A stretch of 64,000 nucleotides of DNA from Bacteroidia bacterium (GTDB lineage: Bacteria; Bacteroidota; Bacteroidia; M30B66), in the NCBI GenBank assembly GCA_965279035.1, contig OZ257142.1, forward strand, positions 1,696,001-1,760,000, given 5' to 3'. Numbering within the stretch: the first letter of the stretch is position 1; every line of letters begins with the position of its first letter. Positions 1 to 7,649 of this stretch are shown piece after piece. The position numbers and the translations under genes are program-made. A model generated the notes under the pieces. It worked only from the letters and a program-made list of their open reading frames with translations. It was not told the DNA's origin and made no database searches.

Positions 1-690
1 TAATATAGTTTGTGTGGTTGTAATGGAAGCATAACTCTGTACCTTGTCTATATCCTGCAGTCCCGATTGATACATTCCAACAACTTTCAATTGAACTCGT
101 TCTCCTGTTGAAGTAATGACTTGAATAATATCTCCCATGTTTGCCATTAATTTATCCGCAACACCTTTCCCTAAAATGATGCTATTGGGTATGTTTTTTA
201 AATTAATGGCTTTGCCTTCAACTACATATTCTTCAAAATCGAATAAACGACTTTCAGCTTCTACATCAATCCCATTTATTATCCCCGTTAAATCGCTCGA
301 TCCAATAGTATAGAAAACTTGAGCGGTTATTTTTGGGGCAATTCCTAGAACACGTTGATCTTTATTTAAGGACTGAATAATTGCTCCATTATTATATATG
401 GAAATTCGTTCACTTTTGGGTTTAATCGATCGAATTAAATGATAACTGTTTTTGTATTTTGAAAGTGCTATTGGTTGAATTTTACTAGCTTCCACTTCAT
501 TATATAATCTCACATGGGCTGTTCTATTCAACATCAAGCCGTCTAAAAGGTCATTTAAACCAGTCATGAATCCTAACAATCCAATAAACATCATGATACT
601 AAATGTAACACCTGCTGCTGCTATCAATGTTTGCTTCCATCGAGCCATTAAAAGCGCAAAAGAGATGCTTACAATTAATTTCGCATTCAT
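1..690 (-). CDS. ABC transporter permease, FtsX/LolE-like (partial, runs off the left edge)
   Basis: Not in the ORF track. Manual translation from ATG at 690 (ATGA overlap with the upstream stop) gives MNAKLIVSISFALLMARWKQTLIAAAGVTFSIMMFIGLLGFMTGLNDLLD..., the typical first TM helix plus periplasmic domain of MacB/LolE permeases. Confidence 0.85.
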   Translation of the reverse strand, partial: MNAKLIVSISFALLMARWKQTLIAAAGVTFSIMMFIGLLGFMTGLNDLLDGLMLNRTAHVRLYNEVEASKIQPIALSKYKNSYHLIRSIKPKSERISIYNNGAIIQSLNKDQRVLGIAPKITAQVFYTIGSSDLTGIINGIDVEAESRLFDFEEYVVEGKAINLKNIPNSIILGKGVADKLMANMGDIIQVITSTGERVQLKVVGMYQSGLQDIDKVQSYASITTTQTIL

Positions 691-1766
691 TTTCCTGGAT
701 TTATTAGTTCATCCTTTTCATTAATTCCAGAAAGGACTTCTATTTTTTGATAATCTCTTAAACCAGTTTTAATTCTTACTGTATCTCCAGAACTTTTAAT
801 AACCAAAGAATCATTGAGCACATATTTTCTTGGAATGAGTAAAACACTTTTCTTTGTTTGTAAAATGATATTCGCTTCCAATGTTACGTTTGGATAGAGT
901 AATTGTGGTTGTTTAACGAATTCTGCTTCCACTAAAAATGTTTTACTTTGTTCATTCATAATAGGATTTATTTTGCTCACTTTTGCTTCAAAAACTTGTC
1001 CCTTATAGCTTTCTAAAGTAACCATCACTGTTTGACCTTTTCTGATTTGCAGAATATCATATTCATCTACCTGCATTTCCAAAATAAAATCTTTTGCATC
1101 GCCTACAACAGCTATGAGCGTTTGTAGATTTACTAAATCTCCTTTTGATTTATTTATAGAGTAAACTAAACCATCGATTTCACTTCGAATCTTAAAATCA
1201 TTTTCTAATTGATTTGTGATTTGTAAATTCTTTTTCGATTGAGCTGAATTAAATGCTAATTGCCTTTTTAAATCAGTGTAATTAATTAGTGCTGATAAAT
1301 ATGCACTCTTTGAATTCTGGTAATTTAATTCAGTGTTTTCTAAATCTACTTTACTCCCAATTTGTTTTTTCCACAAGTTTGATTGTCGAACAAATTGAAG
1401 TGAATCGTTTTGCATTTTTAATTGGCTTACCTCAATTTGAGATTTTGCTTCTCTGAGTTTTCCTTGATTAGCATTGAGATCAGATAAGCCTGCAGCCAAT
1501 TGTGCATTTTCTTTATTGATGCGTTGAACTGTATTACTTATTGACAGAAGCACATCTCCCTTATGGATTGTATCACCTTCGGATACATATATAGTGTCGA
1601 TGATTCCATTCACTGTTGAATAAACCTCATATTGATTCTTACTTTTAATTATCCCTGAAGCATATACCGATTCAGTTATGGATTCAATACTGGGTTTTAT
1701 TTTTTCAGTTTTATCCTTGCAAGAATTTAGTAGAAATACAAAAAGGATAAGGTGTAAAAATCTCAT
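687..1766 (-). CDS. Efflux membrane-fusion protein (periplasmic adaptor subunit), lipoprotein
   Basis: Lipobox LNSC, lipoyl half-motifs (VSEGDTIHKGDVL; IRSEIDGLV), coiled-coil hairpin, VDEYDI..IRKGQ, C-terminal TGL...IEVLSGI. Confidence 0.9.
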   Translation of the reverse strand: MRFLHLILFVFLLNSCKDKTEKIKPSIESITESVYASGIIKSKNQYEVYSTVNGIIDTIYVSEGDTIHKGDVLLSISNTVQRINKENAQLAAGLSDLNANQGKLREAKSQIEVSQLKMQNDSLQFVRQSNLWKKQIGSKVDLENTELNYQNSKSAYLSALINYTDLKRQLAFNSAQSKKNLQITNQLENDFKIRSEIDGLVYSINKSKGDLVNLQTLIAVVGDAKDFILEMQVDEYDILQIRKGQTVMVTLESYKGQVFEAKVSKINPIMNEQSKTFLVEAEFVKQPQLLYPNVTLEANIILQTKKSVLLIPRKYVLNDSLVIKSSGDTVRIKTGLRDYQKIEVLSGINEKDELINPGK

Positions 1767-1920
1767 TGTTCAATTCAAATTATTTTTTGAAAACTAGGAA
1801 TCTCTTGTGATGAAATTGTTACAACATTCTATAGAATCTTTGTTAAAATCCCTGAATGCAATTTTTTTATATCATCACAAATGAATTAGTTAAAATTACA
1901 TACTTCCATTTTTATAAACG

Positions 1921-1934
1921 CTGATAGATATCAT
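1921..1934. promoter_or_regulatory. Putative Crp/Fnr-family binding site CTGAT-N4-ATCAT
   Basis: Near-palindrome resembling the FNR consensus TTGAT-N4-ATCAA, between the divergent efflux operon and the CsbD cluster. Confidence 0.45.
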
Positions 1935-2040
1935 GTTTCACGTACTATTTTAATACCTCAAAATCATTATTATACCAATTAATTCGTTGTATATGTTTGA
2001 TTTAATTTCTATGTTTTAAGAAATTTCAGATTAAATTATA

Positions 2041-2110
2041 TCTGTGATTTATGTAAGTTAATTGGGGCTATATGTAACTTCAAAATCAGGTATTTGCTGA
2101 TGTTTGTACT
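2041..2110 (+). promoter_or_regulatory. Conserved promoter module, copy 1 (upstream of the first CsbD gene)
   Basis: TCTGTGATTTATGTAAGTT...TATGTAA...TTTGTACT, with the same layout as 2440-2510. Confidence 0.55.
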
Positions 2111-2142
2111 CTCATTTATTCTTAACCAAATAACCCACGATT

Positions 2143-2367
2143 ATGGATGCAGTTAAAAATCACAGCCCAGAGAATTTTAAAATTTCTGGTGATTGGAGTG
2201 TTCAATCCAAACATCTAAAAGAAAAATTCTCAACATTAACAGATGCGGATCTGAAATTCGAAACTGGTAAAGAAAACGAGCTGCTCACTCGTATCGAAAC
2301 CAAATTGAATAAGAAACGCGATGAGGTAATCAATATTATTAAAAAAGGATTGTCTGATAAAGTATAA
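2143..2367 (+). CDS. CsbD-family general stress protein
   Basis: GDW...KHLKEKFSTLTDADLKFETGKENELLTRIETKLNK matches the CsbD/YjbJ pattern. Confidence 0.85.
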   Translation: MDAVKNHSPENFKISGDWSVQSKHLKEKFSTLTDADLKFETGKENELLTRIETKLNKKRDEVINIIKKGLSDKV

Positions 2368-2394
2368 TTTCCCCTGATTTTACTTATCGACTTT

Positions 2395-2429
2395 AAAAGG
2401 TCTGGCCTCAAGAACCAGTCCTTTTTTTT
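2395..2429 (+). terminator. Rho-independent terminator
   Basis: AAAAGGTCTGG...CCAGTCCTTTTTTTT imperfect stem plus U-tract after the first CsbD gene. Confidence 0.6.
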
Positions 2430-2439
2430 GTTTTTACAC

Positions 2440-2510
2440 TCTGTGAATTGTATAAGTTTTAGTAACGATCATATAATACTTTAAATAGAAAGTCAAGTCA
2501 ATTTTGTACT
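2440..2510 (+). promoter_or_regulatory. Conserved promoter module, copy 2 (upstream of the second CsbD gene and operon)
   Basis: TCTGTGAATTGTATAAGTT...CATATAA...TTTGTACT, spacing within 1 bp of copy 1. Confidence 0.55.
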
Positions 2511-2528
2511 TCAATTAAACATAACACT

Positions 2529-2717
2529 ATGTCAACTACAAAAACGCTTTTTGGAAATTGGAATCAAACCAAAGGAAAAATAAAACAGCAATATGCTATA
2601 CTAACTGATGATGATTTATTATTAGTTGAAGGGAAAGAAGATGAATTGGTGGGTCGACTTCAAGTAAAATTGTCAAAAACAAAAGAAGAAATTCACCGAT
2701 TTATTGCAAGTCTTTAA
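2529..2717 (+). CDS. CsbD-family protein
   Basis: GNWNQTKGKIKQQYAILTDDDLLLVEGKEDELVGRLQVKL is a canonical CsbD/YjbJ motif. Confidence 0.92.
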   Translation: MSTTKTLFGNWNQTKGKIKQQYAILTDDDLLLVEGKEDELVGRLQVKLSKTKEEIHRFIASL

Positions 2718-2741
2718 TTCACCATTTAATAAATAATACAC

Positions 2742-3182
2742 ATGAAAAAATCAGTATTACTCGTTTCGCTTTGCCTTGTTCTATCAGGTAGTTTAATTAC
2801 TTCATGCAGTACAAATGCATCAAAAGTTGAAGACGCAAAAAAAGAAGTTGAAAAAGAAAATGAAGATGTAGTTAAAGCTAATGAAAATCTTCGTTTAGAA
2901 ATTGAAAACTATCGGAAAGAATCTGTTGCTAAAATTGATGAAAATGATATAACAATATCACGTGCAAAAGCAAAAGCTGAAACCGAAAAAGCCAATGTAA
3001 AAGCTGATCTTCAGAAAAAAGTTGCTGAATTGGAAAAGAAAAATGCTGATATGCGAACTAAATTAGATACGTATAAATCAGATAAAAAGGAAGATTGGGA
3101 TAGTTTTAAAACTGAATTTAATCACGATATGGATGATTTGGGAAAATCACTTCGTGAATTTGGTCAAAACAATGTCAAATAA
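2742..3182 (+). CDS. Coiled-coil lipoprotein (stress-cluster associated)
   Basis: Lipobox ITSC, charged coiled-coil body, C-terminal WDSFKTEFNHDMDDLGKSL motif. Confidence 0.75.
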   Translation: MKKSVLLVSLCLVLSGSLITSCSTNASKVEDAKKEVEKENEDVVKANENLRLEIENYRKESVAKIDENDITISRAKAKAETEKANVKADLQKKVAELEKKNADMRTKLDTYKSDKKEDWDSFKTEFNHDMDDLGKSLREFGQNNVK

Positions 3183-3199
3183 TTTCAATCAATTTTCAA

Positions 3200-3841
3200 T
3201 TGTTAATCATGAAAAATCTATTTATTGGATTCTTGGTCCTATATTCAGCATCTCTTTTGTCACAAACAGATCTTATTGACTTTCGGGAACGTTTAAATTT
3301 CGGATTGAAAATAGGTGGAAATTATTCAAATGTTTTTGATTCTAAGGGTGAAGAATTTCATGCAAATCCAAAGTTGGGTTTTGCTGGAGGAGCTTTTCTA
3401 GCAATTCCTATTGGAAGATATTTAGGAATACAACCTGAAATTTTGATTTCACAAAAAGGATTTCAAGGAACAGGAAAATTATTAGGTAGTCTTTATGATT
3501 TTAATCGAACTACTACGTATGTTGATGTTCCTTTATATTTTGCTTTTAAACCATTTTCCTTTTTAAGTATAATGGCTGGTCCTCAATACAGCTACCTTAC
3601 TAAGCAAAAAGATGTTTTTCGAGTTGGTAATTCTACGGTTGAACAACAGCAGGAATTTACCAATGTTAATTTACGTAAAAACATGTTGGGATTTCTTATT
3701 GGAGCTGATTTGAATATTCAACATTTTGTATTTAGTTTCCGATTGGGTGCAGATACACAAACAAACTATGGGAATGGAACGAGCTCCTCTCCACGATACA
3801 AAAACATTTGGTATCAAGGAACACTAGGATATCGATTCTAA
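3200..3841 (+). CDS. Outer-membrane beta-barrel (porin/OmpA-like barrel family); start probably ATG 3209
   Basis: Signal peptide, FGLKIGGNYS, IQPEILISQKG, YVDVPL, AGPQYSYL, terminal LGYRF. Confidence 0.8.
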   Translation: MLIMKNLFIGFLVLYSASLLSQTDLIDFRERLNFGLKIGGNYSNVFDSKGEEFHANPKLGFAGGAFLAIPIGRYLGIQPEILISQKGFQGTGKLLGSLYDFNRTTTYVDVPLYFAFKPFSFLSIMAGPQYSYLTKQKDVFRVGNSTVEQQQEFTNVNLRKNMLGFLIGADLNIQHFVFSFRLGADTQTNYGNGTSSSPRYKNIWYQGTLGYRF

Positions 3842-3882
3842 TTTGATTTCTACATTTTAAATGTCATTTAATTCAAATTAAA

Positions 3883-4449
3883 ATGAGAATTGTCTGTTTA
3901 TTTATTTGTATTTTCTTAATGATTTCTCCTTCAAAAGAAAGTCAATTAAAAGCCGACAATTACGGGAATACACTCAATGCAGGATTGGGAATTGGTTATT
4001 ATGGTTACATTGGTCATTCAATTCCTGTCCTTCATTTGAATTATGAATTTAATGCGGCAAAGAATTTCACTTTAGCTCCATTTATTTCTTTTTTCGCGTA
4101 TTCGAATTACAATTTCTGGGGTGTAATCAATAATCCCAAAAAGAATTATTATTATCATCAAACAGTTGTTCCAATTGGAATAAAAGGCAGCTATTATTTT
4201 GATCAACTTTTAAATGCTTCCAGTAATTGGGATTTTTATATGGCAGGTTCTGTTGGTTTTGCCTTCCGATCTACCGTTTGGAATTCAAATTATCAAGGTA
4301 ATCGAACACTTTCTAATGGAAATAGTGGATTATTCTTGAGTATTCATTTTGGAACAGAATATCATTTGAATGAGCGTTTAGGTATTTTCCTTGATTTATC
4401 AACGGGAATCTCTACCGCAGGAATTTCTATTCACCCTAAAAACAATTAA
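3883..4449 (+). CDS. Small outer-membrane beta-barrel protein
   Basis: Signal peptide, Gly/aromatic amphipathic strands (LNAGLGIG; GIKGSYYFD; WDFYMAGSVGF). Confidence 0.65.
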   Translation: MRIVCLFICIFLMISPSKESQLKADNYGNTLNAGLGIGYYGYIGHSIPVLHLNYEFNAAKNFTLAPFISFFAYSNYNFWGVINNPKKNYYYHQTVVPIGIKGSYYFDQLLNASSNWDFYMAGSVGFAFRSTVWNSNYQGNRTLSNGNSGLFLSIHFGTEYHLNERLGIFLDLSTGISTAGISIHPKNN

Positions 4450-4451
4450 TC

Positions 4452-4610
4452 ATGGGAAATATTTTGTACGCAGTTGCTGTTATTCTTGTTATTTTATGGG
4501 CTATTGGCTTTTTAGGTTATCATACCGGAGGAATTATTCATGTATTGCTTGTAATAGCAATTATAGCCGTTATTTTGAGAGTTATTCAAGGAAGAAAACC
4601 TATATCGTAA
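4452..4610 (+). CDS. lmo0937-family small membrane protein (52 aa)
   Basis: Missed by the ORF track. Manual translation: MGNILYAVAVILVILWAIGFLGYHTGGIIHVLLVIAIIAVILRVIQGRKPIS*; IHVLLVIA is the family hallmark. Confidence 0.9.
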   Translation: MGNILYAVAVILVILWAIGFLGYHTGGIIHVLLVIAIIAVILRVIQGRKPIS

Positions 4611-4657
4611 ATTCAGAAATTTATATTTAGTGGTTTAGAATTATTTTCTGATTATTT

Positions 4658-4700
4658 AATTTCCGGAATTTCCCTAACCGATTTTCCGGAATTTTTATTT
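4658..4700. terminator. Likely bidirectional terminator hairpin between convergent genes
   Basis: TTCCGGAA inverted pair flanked by T-rich tracts between the lmo0937 gene and ccmB. Confidence 0.5.
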
Positions 4701-4702
4701 TA

Positions 4703-5365
4703 TTAATCTCTCCAGAGAAAAGGAAATAATAAGCGAGCTAATACAACCACGATAATATTGATCGCTATCAAAGCAATGATATACGGTTGTTGAACCGAAT
4801 GAGCCAATCCGTCTGCTGCATTTTTCGAAAATCGAATTAATACAATCAACATCGGAATAATTAAAGGGAAACTCAAAATAGCCATTAAAGTTCCACTATT
4901 ACTTGCTTTTGCTGCGATGGCTGCAACCAAAGTTAAAACTGAAGAAAATCCAGTTGCACCTAATATTAACCCAATTAAAAAAAAAGGTTTATCTTGAACT
5001 AAATCGCCTATTAACAAACTGTATATTAAATAGCCAGCTAAGGAAATAACCAACATTAATCCAGCATTGTAAATAATTTTTGCAAGAATTATTGCAGGTG
5101 CTCCAGCTAAAGTGTAATAATATAATAGTCGACCACGGCTTTCAGATGAAAAACTTTTTGATGTTGCATTTACTGCTGCAAATAGAAGAATTATCCAAAA
5201 CAACGCATTCCACGTTGGAACATCTACTACCGTTTTAAATGAAAGATAACATACGTAAATCGTTGAAATCACATAAAGCAATAAACCATTAATTGCATAT
5301 TTCTGCTTCCATTCCATGCGTATTTCACGCAGCAATAATTGCTTTATTTCTGTTACTGTATTCAT
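4703..5365 (-). CDS. ccmB: Heme exporter protein B (cytochrome c maturation)
   Basis: Six-TM protein with LLREIRMEW, LFWIILLFAA, LMAILSFPLIIPML motifs. Start moved to MNTVTEIK (5365), just after the upstream stop. Confidence 0.85.
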   Translation of the reverse strand: MNTVTEIKQLLLREIRMEWKQKYAINGLLLYVISTIYVCYLSFKTVVDVPTWNALFWIILLFAAVNATSKSFSSESRGRLLYYYTLAGAPAIILAKIIYNAGLMLVISLAGYLIYSLLIGDLVQDKPFFLIGLILGATGFSSVLTLVAAIAAKASNSGTLMAILSFPLIIPMLIVLIRFSKNAADGLAHSVQQPYIIALIAINIIVVVLARLLFPFLWRD

Positions 5366-5366
5366 C

Positions 5367-6767
5367 TCAAAGTTCAATAGTTTCACCTTTTTCGGGAATG
5401 AATACTCGTTTAAATCCAGCTTCTTCCAACTTTAATTTATACGCTTGTTGTGTTGGGTATTCTCCATGTACGACAAATACTTTTTTCACTTTATCGGCAC
5501 GTTGACAACTTAATACATGAAGCATCTCTTTATAATCACCATGTGCACTAAATGATCCCATCACTTGGACATCTGCATGAACTTGATGCATTTCTCCAAA
5601 GATTCGTACTTCTTGATCACCTCGAGCTAAACGCGCTCCTAAGGATTGCTCCTCGCAATGACCAACAATTAAAATAGTATTATCCGGATTACTCACATTG
5701 TTTGCAATATGATGCTTAATGCGACCAGCTTCCGCCATTCCTGAAGCAGAAATAATAATACAGGGCTCATGCAAACTATTCAATTTTTTACTTTGTTCCG
5801 CTTCTCGAACATAAGTTAGTTTATTAAATCCAAAAGGATCCGGATCGGTGCGCATGTATTCAATCACCGATGCATTAAAACATTCAGGATGGTTTCGAAT
5901 GATTTCAGTTGCATTGGTCGAAAGTGGACTATCTACAAATACTTTAATATGTGGCAATCGTCCATCGTGTTCTAATTTATCGAGTGCATACACGATCTCC
6001 TGTGTACGGCCAACACTAAATGCTGGAATAATCAATTTCCCTTTTTTAGTGATACACGTGTTTGTGACAATGCCGAGTAATTCTTCTAAAGTTTGATCGT
6101 CTTCGGCATGCAAACGATCTCCATACGTTGATTCTGCAATCAGGTAATCGCATTGTGGGAAGGATTGTGGTGAACGGATTATCTTGGGATTTAAACGTCC
6201 TAAATCGCCTGTAAATGCAATTTTATGCCAGTAATGATCTTCGAATACTTGAATGTTCACTACCGAAGAACCCAAAATATGTCCTGCATCTGTGAAGCGT
6301 AATTTGAGTTCAGCATCAATCTCAAATTCTGTATCATACTCAACTTCTACAAATTGCTTGAGACAATATTTAGCTTCTTCAACAGTATATAAAGGTTTAT
6401 ATGGTTCCTTTCCTTGTGCAATACGACGTTTGTTGGCATAACGCACATCGCTCTCTTGGATATGTGCCGAATCTTCCAACATGATTGTACATAAATCTTT
6501 AGTAGCTGAAGTACAATAAATCGGGCCCTTAAATCCTTCTTTTACCAAACGTGGAATTAATCCCGAGTGATCGATATGGGCATGTGATAAAATGAGGTAA
6601 TTAATAGTAGCTGGATCAAAACCAAAACTTCGATTCCATTCTTCACTGTCTTGCCCATGTCCTTGAAATAAACCGCAATCAAGTAGGACTTTCTTTCCTT
6701 TTCCAAAACTCAAAACATGCTTGCTTCCTGTTACTGTGCGGGCTGCGCCGTAGAATGTTATATTCAT
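5367..6767 (-). CDS. MBL-fold beta-CASP ribonuclease
   Basis: GAARTVTGS, LDCG, SHAHIDHSG, AGHILGS, ESTYG, PAFSVGRTQE, FSAH, VHGE motifs. Confidence 0.92.
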   Translation of the reverse strand: MNITFYGAARTVTGSKHVLSFGKGKKVLLDCGLFQGHGQDSEEWNRSFGFDPATINYLILSHAHIDHSGLIPRLVKEGFKGPIYCTSATKDLCTIMLEDSAHIQESDVRYANKRRIAQGKEPYKPLYTVEEAKYCLKQFVEVEYDTEFEIDAELKLRFTDAGHILGSSVVNIQVFEDHYWHKIAFTGDLGRLNPKIIRSPQSFPQCDYLIAESTYGDRLHAEDDQTLEELLGIVTNTCITKKGKLIIPAFSVGRTQEIVYALDKLEHDGRLPHIKVFVDSPLSTNATEIIRNHPECFNASVIEYMRTDPDPFGFNKLTYVREAEQSKKLNSLHEPCIIISASGMAEAGRIKHHIANNVSNPDNTILIVGHCEEQSLGARLARGDQEVRIFGEMHQVHADVQVMGSFSAHGDYKEMLHVLSCQRADKVKKVFVVHGEYPTQQAYKLKLEEAGFKRVFIPEKGETIEL

Positions 6768-6839
6768 GGTTCAAACGTACAAAAAAGGAAGTTCTTCTAC
6801 TCGTTTGAAATCGTTTACTTTGCAGTCCTATTTTCCATT

Positions 6840-7550
6840 ATGAAACTCGACATTCTCGCATTTGGCGCTCATCCGGATGATATTGAAATTAGTGCTGGAG
6901 GAATGATTATTTCGGAAGCGAGGCAAGGTAAAAAAGTTGGTCTCGTTGATCTTACACGTGGCGAAATGGGAACTCGAGGCACTCCTCAAATTCGCGATGA
7001 AGAAGCACGTGTTGCAGCTCAAATAATGGGTGTCGTATTGCGTGAAAACTTAATGTTAGCCGACGGACTTTTTGAAATCAATCAGGAGAATACCTTCAAA
7101 GTGATTGATGTCATTCGGCGTTATCAACCCGATATTGTAATTACCAATGCGCCACACGATCGTCATCCTGATCATGGACGAGCTGCTCAATTGGTTTCGG
7201 AAGCCTGTTTTTTAGCTGGTTTATTTAAAATGCAAAAGGAAGGAATTGAATCTCAAGCTTGGCGACCACGAGCTGTGTATCAATACATTCAATTTTTACA
7301 TCACACACCTGATTTTATTTACGATATATCGGATGTTTTAGAAGAGAAAATAGCATGTATTAAAGCACATAAATCGCAGTTTTGGAATCCTGAATCCGAT
7401 GAGCCGGAAACCTTAATTGCTTCGGAACATTTCTTTCATAATTTAAGCTCCAGAGCTTCGGAATATGGGATTCAATCGGGATTTAAATATGGTGAGCCAT
7501 TCTTAACGGTTCGATTCCCAGGAGTGAAAAGCTTGGATGTTCTGTATTGA
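6840..7550 (+). CDS. bshB1: Bacillithiol biosynthesis deacetylase BshB1
   Basis: AHPDDIE, LTRGEMGTRG, DRHPDHG, KAHKSQF. Start at MKLDILAF (6840). Confidence 0.9.
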   Translation: MKLDILAFGAHPDDIEISAGGMIISEARQGKKVGLVDLTRGEMGTRGTPQIRDEEARVAAQIMGVVLRENLMLADGLFEINQENTFKVIDVIRRYQPDIVITNAPHDRHPDHGRAAQLVSEACFLAGLFKMQKEGIESQAWRPRAVYQYIQFLHHTPDFIYDISDVLEEKIACIKAHKSQFWNPESDEPETLIASEHFFHNLSSRASEYGIQSGFKYGEPFLTVRFPGVKSLDVLY

Positions 7551-7596
7551 GATTAATTTTTTTGTCTTAAGGATAGGCTCAGCTCCTATTAAAATT

Positions 7597-7632
7597 AAAA
7601 AGCCGGACTGAAAGAATCAGCCCGGCTTTTTT
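7597..7632. terminator. Bidirectional Rho-independent terminator
   Basis: AAAAAGCCGGACTGA-AAGAA-TCAGCCCGGCTTTTTT between convergent genes. Confidence 0.85.
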
Positions 7633-7649
7633 ACAATGATGCGTTTAGA

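Noticed and set aside
4391-4630. 79-aa ORF from the track
   Set aside because: Wrong frame; the real gene is the lmo0937-family ORF at 4452-4610.
6717-6839. N-terminal extension of bshB1
   Set aside because: It overlaps the divergent beta-CASP gene and the promoter region; family similarity starts at Met 6840.
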